Program-made: the position numbers and the translations under genes | Source of the DNA: Lingula anatina | Lineage: Eukaryota > Animalia > Brachiopoda | DNA: 64,000 bases | Reading direction: 5' to 3' | NCBI GenBank assembly: GCA_051362555.1 | Contig: CM120643.1 | Span: 12,808,644 to 12,872,643, forward strand | Part shown: positions 10,326 through 22,257 of the stretch, piece after piece | Position numbering within the stretch: the first letter of the stretch is position 1 | Layout of the letters: each line of letters starts with the position of its first letter | Notes under the pieces: model-generated | Told to the model about the DNA's origin: nothing | What the model saw: the letters and a program-made list of their open reading frames with translations, nothing else | Database searches by the model: none

Positions 10326-13300
10326 ATGCGGAATACCAGGGGTACTGCAGTCAGAGTAGTACAAATATGCTGTTGGCAAACTGCAACGTTGGGTTCGTGT
10401 CAAAAACGACCCAGTTTACAATTTTATGGTCAACGCAGATTTTTTCGTAATTTCAGGAAGGAGCCATGCATGCCACTGCCCCTGAAAGAGGACGAGTTGC
10501 AGGGACTAGTTTCCATGGCAAAAGACTGGGCCCGCACTCACGGTGAGTTGTTTTGTCAAAGAAGGAAGGGGGGAGGGGTTGTATTTTGTTATTATATCAT
10601 ATCACAGACAGTAACTTCCATTTTTTTGTCTTGTTAAAATTTTGACTGACTTTGTCTTCATCGAAACAGCCACTGATTAGGTTTTTGCGCATGTGAGATT
10701 GCCCACTGGAGTATCCCACGTTGGGTGGGAGGGTTAGGGGGGTTAGGGATTGTCTTATGCTCTCTTCATACAGAGTCGTACAGAACTTAACTCCATAGAT
10801 TCTAAGTTGGGTTTGTAAATGCCTTACCTATACATAAAATTGGTATTTAATTTAAAAGAACAGGAATGTTTGACAGCACATATAGGAAAGTTGATCAGTT
10901 TAAATCCTGGTTCCAGTACCATAACTCTCCCGCATCGTTACAATTTCAAACATAGCTATTATCTGACAGAATAGCTAACCACCTGATAAAATTCTATGAC
11001 CCTTAATTTTAAAACATATAACAATAACTGAATTTTTTTAAAGCGTACCTCCCCCAGACTCGAAACAAAGTGAAAAATCTTGTGTATCATCATTCAAATA
11101 GCGTCAATGAGAAGTTAGGGTTCTGGGTTGTATCGATGATTTTTGGTAGGGGGAGCAATAGGCCTACAACGGTGTGGGGAAGTACATAGGACACGCAAAA
11201 TACTCACCAAAGCTTAGGGACCATTCCCACAGATATTTGGATCGGTCTATCTCCCTGAGAAGTCTCACTCAATTGCTATCAGCTTAAATGTCTGTCACGC
11301 TTAGTAAAGCTGCCAGGGGGTAATCTTTACCCCCTAGCTGATTTGGTAGACGTGACAGACATTTAAGCCGGTTAGTTGATAGCAATTTAGTGAGACTTCC
11401 CGGGGAGTTAGACCGATCCAGATGGATCGATCTAGGCATGGGAAACCAGTCTTAAATGCGCTGCTTTTGGGTAGTTGGCAGATGTTTGATCTATTGCTGT
11501 AATTGGCGAGCTCAGTGGCAGTGTGATATCGTTCAATTTGTATTATTTTTAGGAATCACTATGCGCACGGCAGACAGACCAACATCATCAGAAGTAACAA
11601 ATTACGCCCCTTTCCTGCTTCTGCCTTCACCATTCCCAGAGCGGCTTTTTCACCAAGCATGTGCAGTGCAGCAAGACTTTAATCTTGTCTATCACCGAGT
11701 AGCACACGACCATGACTTTCTGCAGTCAACTCTCCAGAGGTAAAACAAGAAGGGTTCAGTTTCACTGGAAGTTTCGATCCCGAAGACTCATGATAAAACA
11801 GATAGTCAAAATATAACTTCAGCTTCGTAAAAAAATTACTGAGAGCATAAATTAGTCTTTTTTCCCCAGCAGACTGTTCCTTACTGAAAAGTCATGGTCA
11901 ATCTTTTATTAATGATCCTTTATAGTTTTGTGTTTGATATTGGATAAGTAAGCCGTTTTAAGTGGTTGATTGTTTTTATTATTTTAATGCAAAATGACGA
12001 AGACATATCATATATTCAGTATATATTGTTTTTTTTTTTCAGTGTTATAAAAGTGGATGACTACACCAAGAGATTGTGGGAAATTTATGAGACAGTGAGA
12101 AAGGAGGGAATTAAACAGGTGACAATTAACCTGGAAGAGTCAAAAGAATATATACATGTCTCCAGACAGTATTTTTATACGGAAAACTGAAATTTCTATA
12201 ACTGAAGCCTTTCAATATTTGACAAAGTAAGGTTAAAAAGAAAAAAAAGCATGTACACGTGTACTTTAAGTGGCGTAAAAGCGGGAAACTTGTTACAAAT
12301 TTGAAAAACTGGTCTTTTGCAATTGATTCCTCATTTTCACATCGAACGATTATGAGAGATGCCTTGATATATAATAATTACAATTTTCTTTATAAAATCA
12401 TCATATGAATATATGATACATGCGAACCATAAGTATGATTCTTGAAAAACCGCATTAAAATTGTGAAAATTGCCCTTTTGTTCACTAACTGTGTATATTT
12501 CAGCCTGTGAGTCTTGCTATCAACAGAAATGATTTTATGACTGACTCTCAGGGCCGCACCCTCTCCACCCCGGAAGATGTGAACACCCTGGGGATCAAAG
12601 AGATTGAGTTTAACACTATAGCTTCTGGTTGTGCTGCTTTAGCGACTCAAGTTGGGATTTTCCACAGGTAGAAGTGATACGTTTGGGGGCGTTTAGATGC
12701 TTCTTGTATTAAATTGGAAAGTTTGGTGTGTTGGTCAGCTCCGTAGGGAAATACCACACCTTCGTCAATTTTTCAACAATGCAAAATGCAAACCATTTGT
12801 GACAAACAAATATATCATACAAGTACATACATGATGAAATGTTGCTGTATTTTTCAGGTTTATATTTGAAAGATGTGGTCTCAAAGACAAGATTAACAAG
12901 GTATGTGTGAGATTGTCACACGCTCTACAGTACCTAAAATGTACTGTCATAGAATTAATTAATTAAGCGCTCTGCATTGTTCTTTACTAGTGACAACCAT
13001 TGTTCTAATTGGATTGAATATTGTGGTAATGCAATTTTAATTCGCTCTTCTTTCAGCTACCTGCCAATACAGGTGTCTCAGACATAGCCGGCGGAATGGT
13101 TCAAGCTTGGGAACTGTATGGCAACAAAGAGTAAGTCACTGAGTGTTCACTCTTTTCTCTTATTAGATTATTTGACGAAGCAACTTTGTGTAACTGTACG
13201 CTATGTATAAGTTTAACTTTAGTGTTGAGATGCTAAAACGCAGTGTTATATGTGTAATGGCTTGTTCAAGGACGGAGAATTGGGCAAGTATAGCAACAAA

Positions 13301-14736
13301 GACCTACTTAAATACCAATGCAAGTGATTTTTTGTACAAAAGGCACTGACATAGCTTAATCATTTTATATCTCCTCTTATAAATAAACAAATTAAGATCT
13401 AATTAAAACTGCGTTAAAGACGAGAGTCGCTTTACTGAAATAATTGATCAAGTAAATTTTGGCCACATTTACTTGAATTGCAGAGCGGTGATGTTGTTTT
13501 TGACGGAGACTGTTTCGAGAAACATATTTGACCAGCGCTGGCTGGAGTGGGGAATATATGAAATCAACAGCAAGGTGAAGGTCCTCAGAAGGAGTTTTGA
13601 TCAAGTTTACAGAAAGTCGCAGCTCACTGAGGATAACAAGTTAATCCTGTAAGTTATCAAGTTAAGTAAATGAGAAGTTACTAGTGATATTTGATAAACA
13701 GTATATTTGTTCATGTATTGATCGATTGATTACAATGACGTGACTTGGTATTGCACATTTCTGCCTTCTTATTTTCGAAATCTTTTGGTTAGGTGAGGTT
13801 TCACTCAAGAGCAACATCCAAAGTCAGTTTGTTTGCTTTATGTTCGTCATTGCCATCTATGTCATATACTGTTTGGATAGCCACCAGGAAAGAGACCAGG
13901 AAACTTATTGATTTGAGACTTTTAGAAGCATTTGTTTGCACTGTGTACCCCCGAGAAAAAGAATCCCTTTTTAACCTCAGTGCTGAAAATAAGTTTTTTT
14001 AACCGAAGTCGGACTGAAATATTCTACATGAACTTCATCAGTGCGTGTCCTGTTTCCAGTGAAGGTCATGAAGTGGGTGTGGTCTACTTCAGATGTGGAT
14101 ACTCCCCTAATGACTACATCACAGAAGAGGTAAGTCCAGTGGGTGACTACACTTTTTGCCGGTACTGTCGGTTGTTACATCGCCGAACCGTATCGTCCCA
14201 GCATCGTCACTCCCGACTGGTAAAAATGCTACACATGAAGTTCACCCAAAAACTTAACTGTGAATAGCGGGTCCTGATATTGAAATAATTTCAATCGTCA
14301 TCCAAATCGTGAACCAAATGCAAGTCCCTGAAATTATGACGAAGTTATCAAATTCATTTTGCGCAAAAAATCTAATTGGAAATTCCCATCAATGTAACTA
14401 ATCTATCAAAGTACCCAGACTCTGATTTATTGTATCAAATACTCCATGAGAGCACATTTTTTTGTTTTACATGTGCTGTTTTTTTTTTTTTTTTAATAAT
14501 TACCCATAGTTATAACATGCACCAACTGTATGTACATGTAGGACTGGACAACCAGACTAAGGATAGAAAGGTCCACTGCCATCAAGTGTCCCAACATCTA
14601 CTATCATCTGGCAGGTGCTAAAAAGATACAACAAGAGCTTGGCAGGCCAGGAGTGGTGGAACGGTTTATACAGGATTCCGAGGCTGTGAAGAGAATTAGA
14701 GCAACTTTTGCTGGCATGTACTCCCTAGAAAGGGTA

Positions 14737-14773
<37 letters not shown>

Positions 14774-15095
14774 GAGAGGGGCATAGGCCAAAATGTGACA
14801 GTATTCCTAGATACAAGATTTTTTATTGAGATTTTGAATTAAGTGCAAGCATAAATTTTCAAAATGATAAAGGCTTAATGATGATCAGGTGTGAGTAATT
14901 AGTGTAGTTTTTCAATTAATTTTCAAACCCAGTATGTGACGACCAATATTTTCCAGACAGTACGTGTTTGCTTACATGATTTACTGACAAATTGCTTACA
15001 AAATTGAATACGCAACCGTGTTGCTCCATCAAACCTAGTTTACACAGATTTTTTTCATAAAAGATTGAATCACATAAAGAGTTAGCTGATAAATA

Positions 15096-15129
<34 letters not shown>

Positions 15130-16502
15130 AGATATCGAAATATTACTAACACCCTTAATTCTCAAGGATGCTGAGGGCGATGCTGCTGTTGCCATGGCAA
15201 TGGAGAATCCATTCAAATATGTTCTCAAACCTCAAAGGGAAGGTGGAGGTAAATACATACTCATGATCTTCATGTAACATCAACTTTGTGAGGCTAAATG
15301 ATAATATAAACACTGGCAAAGAATTAAATCAAGTACTTTCTTATAAGCACCAAGATTGAGTGACAATCTTCCTAGAAATCACATGGACAGTGGCGGTTTT
15401 AGAGGGGGGCTTCCCTTCCGCGGACCCCCCCCCCCCCCCTTCAAATAATCCTGGATCCGTCCCTGCAGGGACTCTTGGCAAATGTGGCTTCCTTGAAGAA
15501 CTCTTGCATTTTGATTGCGATACAGACACTTTACATCCAATTTTTGACACTAAGTTTGAATTCTTCGTAATATCTAGCTGGATCTCCAGACATTTCAATA
15601 TTGTTTAAAAAGGAAAAGAATATGCCATCTTGTAACATACGGCTATAAATCACATAGCCTTAAAAGCATTTACATCTTAAATTATTTACTTTTTACGTAA
15701 ATAAACAATAGATCAGAAGTAGTATAGACAGCATGAAAAGCTGAACAAATTATGATAATCATTTTCATTTTCATAAGTGAACAAATGTCAGAAATACAAA
15801 CATGTGATCATGATGGTTGTTGAGGAATATTGATAATACCGAAATGAAATTTCGTTACACACAGGAAACAATTACTTTGGAGAAGATGTCAGAAAGGTGT
15901 TGAGGCGTGTGCTAGACAGTGATAAGAGAATGGCGTACATTCTGATGGAGAGGATCCATCCTGTGCCTTTCCAAAACTACGTACTGCGTGCTGAATCTCC
16001 TGTACAACCCAATACCATGCTCAGTGAATTGGGAGTGTTTGGGGTGCTTATTGGGTGAGTGAATTGGAAATATACACGCTGTTACCTTTTTCGTATCAAG
16101 TAAAAGAATGGTAATCAAATAAAGTTTTCTTGTACTGAAACACTAAGTAACATCAGTCATACACGGCATTTCGGTCCACCACCCAGTTATGTGGCAACTG
16201 TGGGCCTGCTCACGTGAACGGTGATTACATATCAGAGTCCGACGCACAGTTATAAAAAACTGATGTTCTTTAGTCTCTAAGTAAAGAATGCTTCTATTCT
16301 TTTTATCTTATCTATAGATCATGGACCCCCCTTGCATAGTAAATAAATGATATTTCTTTTCTTGTATTTCTCTTACAGGACCTCTGACCATATCATCACT
16401 AACAAACAGTGCGGGCATTTACTGAGAACCAAAACATCGGACATCAATGAAGGCGGCGTGGCGACAGGGACTTCTGCTTTAGACAGCCCGTATTTAGTAT
16501 GA
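10326..16502 (+). CDS. GSS: Glutathione synthetase paralogue (copy 2): 527 aa from ATG 10326 or 479 aa from ATG 10470, 12 coding exons
   Basis: Exons 10326 (or 10470)-10542, 11553-11739, 12043-12118, 12504-12667, 12858-12900, 13057-13130, 13484-13648, 14060-14129, 14542-14733, 15167-15248, 15865-16054, 16379-16502. Exons 2-12 have the same lengths and phases as copy 1, with no stops or frameshifts. About 93% aa identity to copy 1 (32 differences counted by hand). The start codon is uncertain. Confidence 0.93.
11217..11451. mobile_element. Fold-back MITE (PIF/Harbinger-Tourist-like) in GSS copy 2 intron 1
   Basis: Long imperfect internal palindrome (ggatcggtcta...aagtctcact...ttaaatgtctgtcacg / cgtgacagacatttaa...agtgagactt...tagaccgatcc) flanked by TTA (11214-16 and 11452-54). 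Homologous to 43536-43751 and absent from copy 1. Confidence 0.7.
14737..14779. repeat. (AG)n microsatellite
   Basis: Direct reading; a shorter homologue lies at the same intron position in copy 1 (~7700-7713). Confidence 0.9.
15388..15465 (-). mobile_element. 78-bp miniature inverted-terminus element in GSS copy 2 intron 10
   Basis: Ends cagtggcggttttagagggggg ... ttcaaataatcctggatccgtccctg are near-exact reverse complements of the termini at 23670-23691 and 18312-18337. Flanks are catgga/caggga. Confidence 0.65.
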
Positions 16503-16878
16503 AGCATAGAAGTAGAGAAAATGTAACAAAATTTCCTACAGTCAGTAATATGTGAAAGCAAGAAAAAAAGTAACTATTGTAGACTACGCTCATTTTAATA
16601 CAAAGCTTGATAGAATACATACTGCTGTAGGCTGTTTTTATTCATAAAGTGTGCTTCTAGCTACGGGCTGCCGGGCTACTTGTTTTCCCACTGCTGATTT
16701 TTCACAAAACAAGTCATCGCTGGCTTCCAATGGACAACCTACTACAACATGTTGTAATCCATCATAGATGATAATGAATCTCATGGGGACCAAAAACATA
16801 AAAAAGTTTCTTGAGATTGCGCTTGGTTGCAGCTGTTTAATGACCGAAGGGGGCATTCAGATAGACACATCGTACTAG

Positions 16879-16976
16879 TTGGGTCGGTCCAACTTTGCGG
16901 GGACTCTCGCTAAGTGCGGTCGGCTAACCTGAATGGCACGCCCTCAAGCAGCTAGTTAAAAGTTAATTACCCCCTA
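16879..16976 (-). mobile_element. Diverged fragment related to the 11217/43536 MITE family
   Basis: tgggtcggtccaact...ggggactctcgctaa...aagttaattaccccct resembles the reverse complement of 43644-43719. Confidence 0.4.
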
Positions 16977-18311
16977 TCTTTGCGTGGGTTGAACGACACG
17001 AGAAATGGTGGATGAGCCCGATTGTGGTGGTTGAGGTGGTCACAATATGACATAGTCTGACACATTCCAATGGCCTACGATAGTAACATCTCTCTTGCAT
17101 TGCCATGAAGTGTACATCTAATGTTTGTGCCCTCTATCAGGATGGCAGTTACTACAGACAAATTTTCCAATAGCCAGAGAAGCAAATGACCGTGTATTTA
17201 TCTAAAGACATATCTGACAATATCCTGTGAAAAATCTGTCGCCCTGGTAAAGGGTATAATGTTTTTTGTTTTTTTTTGTTTTTTTTGTTTTTAATTTTTT
17301 TTTAGGGGGGGGGGGGGGGGGTTACAGAGAACAAATAGGGACCATAATTGGACCTCAAATGCAATGTTAGCGATCGAAAATTGAATTTTAGTTATTGTAT
17401 ACATTTTTTATTCAGCGATGTGTTCATTTTTTAGAAACATTCTATAAATGGTTACGTATTTGATCTTTATCATTCCATTTCTTTGTCAATTCGTTTGTTG
17501 ATTTGTTCCTCTTTATATTAAAGGTACACTTGAACCGAGCATCGGTGAAGCGTGGATTCCTAGTAACGCATATAAACCAAATTCCTCTATAGTTTCTTAT
17601 ACGACTCAAATAAAGTCGACATACCAAGGGATAAACCGAATTAATCACTCGATCTGCCATAAAATAGCTTTAAAGTGCTTCTTCTTTAAATTTGGTCATA
17701 AATTTGACCTACTTAACTGACCTACTCATCTGCCTCGTTTATATGGAACACCGAAAGCAAGCGGAAAAATCCGTTCAAATATTATTTTTAGGGTAATATG
17801 AAACAATGTCCTTTGATATTTCTCTAATTCCTACATGTACTTGGTATTTCTCTAATACCTACTATTTGAAACTGTATGGTGGCATTTTGCCGGCTTTTGT
17901 TACAAAAATTGACTTTAAATGCAACTTTTATGTTCAGCTATTTTATGTACTATTATACCGGTACACGGATGACTTGTGAGTAAATAAGTAGCATGCAACA
18001 GGCTGCGATAGAACATATAGCGTTTAATTTTATATGAAGGTCACAAATCGCCTACACTGCATTCAAACGTTAATAAACAAGAAACAATTTCCTTTATTTG
18101 ATACATGTATGCGGATATTAATTTATAAAAAGCGATTATATCGAATATGAAGATCGCAGTCATCGTGCAGTCGTTGTCTATTCACTTCTACTCACCGAAA
18201 AAACTTGCTGTTCACTGCTTATTCTTAAAATCTCAACAACGCAAAGATGTAAAGAAATTGAATGACACCCGTACAGTTGTCAGTAGAGTACATGCACTTA
18301 TAATCCCTATT

Positions 18312-18577
18312 CAGGGGTGGATCCAGGATTATTTGAAAGGGGGTCCGGGGATGCAAAGCCCCCCCCCCCCCCCCCCCCATCTCCCTTGGCGAGGGGTTCG
18401 GGGCCCGCTGAAGAGGGCGAACGGTGCTATTTTGGTACGGTTTAGAACTATATGATTCAGCTAGTCAAAATTCAAATTTCAAGAGGGGACCATTGGTGTG
18501 ATTTTATTTTTCAGAAATCGATGTGGAGGGGGAGGGGGGTCAGGACCCCCTGACCCCCCCCCCTAGATTTTCACCTA
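18312..18577 (+). mobile_element. Short non-autonomous DNA element (caggggtggatccagga... family), possibly the left end of a 5.4-kb composite
   Basis: Left terminus matches the 15388-15465 element. Segment ~18475-18563 is repeated at ~23590-23675. Confidence 0.6.
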
Positions 18578-20529
18578 GGCGCGGCATGATCACACGTTGA
18601 TCCAGGTCAACGCAAGGGCATATTAACGTTGCCCATCACTACGGCTATTTATTGACCAAATTCTGGAAGGATATCTACTGAAACTGACGGGATAGACAAA
18701 ATTCGAAACAATGTGCAATTAAGCGAAACGAGCTGCCCACACAACAAAATCAAAACAATTTTCTGAGCTTTTATTTTGAGGTGTAGTTGATGTATCTTGA
18801 CTCAAATCTAAAATCCCATTTTATGTACACCAAATATTTCAAGATTATATGTGTTGCGTTGGAAGTTTCGGTCATTATATTTTGACAGTGAACATTTGTG
18901 AGCAGTTTTAGACAAAACCTCTCATCCAAAATGGGTCAAATCTGCTGTAATTTGCATAACAATAAGTTGCCTGTCGTAGTGCAAGCTGAATACTCACTCT
19001 GCAGTTGGGCACAGTTGAGTGAAGACGCAACATTATGTGTGGTGAATTCAAAAGTTCAAGCTTTTATAAGACGTAGAAGCAAGTATTTGGTAAGTAGCAC
19101 TGATTCTTCAATAACCTCCCTCAAGAAAACACAATTACAACCGAGCGAGAGAAAATTTATTGTAGTAGCACATTTGTTGTAATATTATGCCCATTGTTAC
19201 TTGTATGTCACTCATAATGTCAGAATATGTTGGTTACAATGCTTTGGGACTACAAACGTACAGGAAAAATGGTGCTATCAGCTGACCATTGATGAAATCT
19301 TTCAAACTATCTTTACTTAGTTCTGCACGTGTGGAATCTTTGTATGACCCCTCGCATTTGTGACTTAATTTAAAATGTTTTCGTGTAAATATGAACATAA
19401 CTGCACAAAAAGACTGATTCATTTAGATAATAATACTTGGCATAGTTCTGAGCTTTGGATACAAGGAGAAGTCTGCCCTATCAAGGTGTATATCAATTTA
19501 ATTTACATTTCAAACGTTGCTTTTGAAGATAATTATGATGCTTTTCAGCGATTTCTTTTGAATTATATTTATGTACTTTAATGGATAGCTAATTTCACCT
19601 GGAAAAAATAAGCAATTTTTTAATACATCATTTTATTATTATTATTATTACTACTACAAGAATAGGGGTCCATATAGCTATTAAAGTTCTCTTACTTGTT
19701 TCAGATTACACTTGGAGAATCCATTTAAGTTTTAAGATGGACATGCTGTCAAAGATCGTCTTGTAAGGTAAGTGTTTTTAATATAATACAACACACGTTC
19801 ACGCACATGTTAATTGCTCATAAAGCGATGGTTTACAGATGAAAGTTTTACGCAGGTTCACTACCATCTCCAGTGTGCCGTATTCTGTCCCTCCATTACA
19901 CGGCCAACTACATGTATATTTTTAAAGACTTGATTGTCCTTTCATCCAAGCTATGTGTAATTTATTTCATATATTTTTAAAAGAAAATGTTCAAATAAGA
20001 TGTTTTGCGCTTCTCCAGAATAAGTCAAAATGATCTCAGTGTGTCAGTTGAATCAAAATTTCTATGCGTTATTTTGTCATTTCAGAAGCCCGCGGAGAAA
20101 CTGTGCAACATGGGCCTGCAAGCAACAAGGTCTTTGGTTGACATATATCATGCTCAATTTCATGTATATCAAATCCGAATAAATATTTCTATAATTCCTT
20201 GTTATTTTTCATATTGATATAAAATACACAGTACAGCAATATTGGAATGGGAAAAGATTACATAGATGTGATAACTGTTTCAAGTTTAATCTGGAAAATT
20301 GTGTAATTTGTGTAATTTTCTTTTGGGCATGACGGTTTCCTTTGAAACCTGGTGATATTTAAAATTGAAATGGTTTAAACCTTTGTAATGAAGCACAGTA
20401 TTTTGTAAATATTAAATTGGACATTAAAAGTCTAATCCACTGAAAGAATATCTAAATTTCAATATTAAGTATAAATTAACAATCTTGCAATCTATTCAAA
20501 AGATTAAAATTTGTTTGTAGCAACATGCA

Positions 20530-21320
20530 TGTCACCCCTCAAAAGAAATGGGGTCATCCCACCTGTCACAACTCAAATGGAATGTACTGGCCCCACCTGC
20601 CATCCCCCAAATGGAATGGAATCGTCCTACCTGTCCCCCTCAAATGAAGTAAACTCGCCCCACCTGTCACCCCTCAAATGAAATGAACCCGTCCCACCTG
20701 TCACCCCTCAAATGAAGTGAACTCGCCCCACCTGTCACCCCTCAAATTGAGTGGACTCGCCCCACCTGCCACCCCTCAAATGGAATGGAATCGTTCTACC
20801 TGTCACCCCTCAAATGAAGTAAACTCGCCCCACCTTTTACCCCTCAAATGGAGTGGACTCGCCCCACCAGCCACCCCTCAAATGGAATGGAATCGTCCTA
20901 CCTGTCACCCCTCAAATGAAGTTGACTCGCCCCACCTGTCACCCCTCAAATGAAGTAAACTCGTCCCACCTGTCACCCCTCAAATGGAATGGAATCGTCC
21001 TACCTGTCACCCCTCAAATGAAGTAAACTCGTCCCACCTGTCACCCCTCAAATGAAGTGAACTCGCCCCACCTGCCACCCCTCAAATGGAATGGAATCGT
21101 CCTACCTGTCACCCCTCAAATGAAGTAAACTCTCCCCACCTGTCACCCCTCAAATGGAATGGAATCGTCCTACCTGTCACCCCTCAAATGAAGTAAACTC
21201 GCCCTTTTGTCATCCCTTAAATGGAATAAACTCGCCCCACCTGTCACCCCTTAAATGGAGTGAACTTGCCCCCATCTGACACCTCTCAAATCGAATGGAC
21301 TTGTCCCTCCTTTTACCCCA
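20530..21320. repeat. 34-bp minisatellite, about 23 units, with variant units
   Basis: Consensus cacctgtcacccctcaaatg(aagtaaactcgccc / gaatggaatcgtcc / gagtggactcgccc). Anchors at 20661, 20695 and 20729 give a period of 34. Confidence 0.95.
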
Positions 21321-22184
21321 TAAATTTGATAGACTGTCCCAAAGACGAGATATTTTTTCTCTCACTCACATCAATGCAGTCATACGAGTATCATTCATTT
21401 CAATTTACAAGCAAAGACCAAATTTTCAATGTATTATTTATTATATTACATTTTTCATGACAGAAAACCCCGAAGAATCCATATTTACTGGAGGACTCGT
21501 GCTCAAATAATAAATAATAATAGAACAGTCTTTGAACAGGACTGCATTCATTGGACATTGAATAGGCCGACAGGAGATATTAACCGTTTGAATTTGACCG
21601 GAAATGATAAATCTGAATATTGGCACCTACAGAATTATCTTATGTTAATAATTCGTGCCAATTTTATGAAACTGCTTTGTGTTTTTTATTTACAAAATTT
21701 GAAAGCACTTTTAGATTTAATCTGGAGAACAAATATTACATTCCAAATAGAGTATAGTATAGTACAGGTTCTAAAAATCCAGCACATATCAATTTTACTT
21801 TAGTTCTGTGTATTTCAGATTGAATCAAAAACGACCCCCAAAAGCGCATTTATTTTCATCAATTGCTTGTCATTCACAAGTGTAAATATAAAGAATAAAA
21901 ATTGACGTATACAATGCAGATTATAATAATATGATAAGGTAGTTGATTTGCTAAATAAACAATCTTAAACGAGCTTCAACATCGTGAAAATTGCGTTTTT
22001 ACTCTCAACTTTGAAATTTGTGATTTCCAAACACTTTGAAAATAACATCATGCCATTTTAAACACTTTAATAATTGCACTACTGCATAATGAGATGAATT
22101 TGAAAAGAAGCTGGATTGGTTCCAAATAAAATGATGTACATAGCATGCAGGTATAATTTAAATAATATAATGATCAGTCCCTAG

Positions 22185-22186
<2 letters not shown>

Positions 22187-22254
<68 letters not shown>
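22187..22254. repeat. (TA)n microsatellite
   Basis: Direct reading. Confidence 0.95.

Positions 22255-22257
<3 letters not shown>

Noticed and set aside
10326-16502. GSS copy 2 as a pseudogene or an uncollapsed haplotype
   Set aside because: All 12 exons are open with intact splice sites, and in-frame ATGs exist at 10326 and 10470. The introns are far too different for an allelic copy.
20530-21320. CRISPR-like look (constant ~20-bp core with variable intervening sequence)
   Set aside because: The variable parts are only ~14 bp, are mutually homologous and recur. There are no cas genes and the context is eukaryotic. It is a minisatellite.
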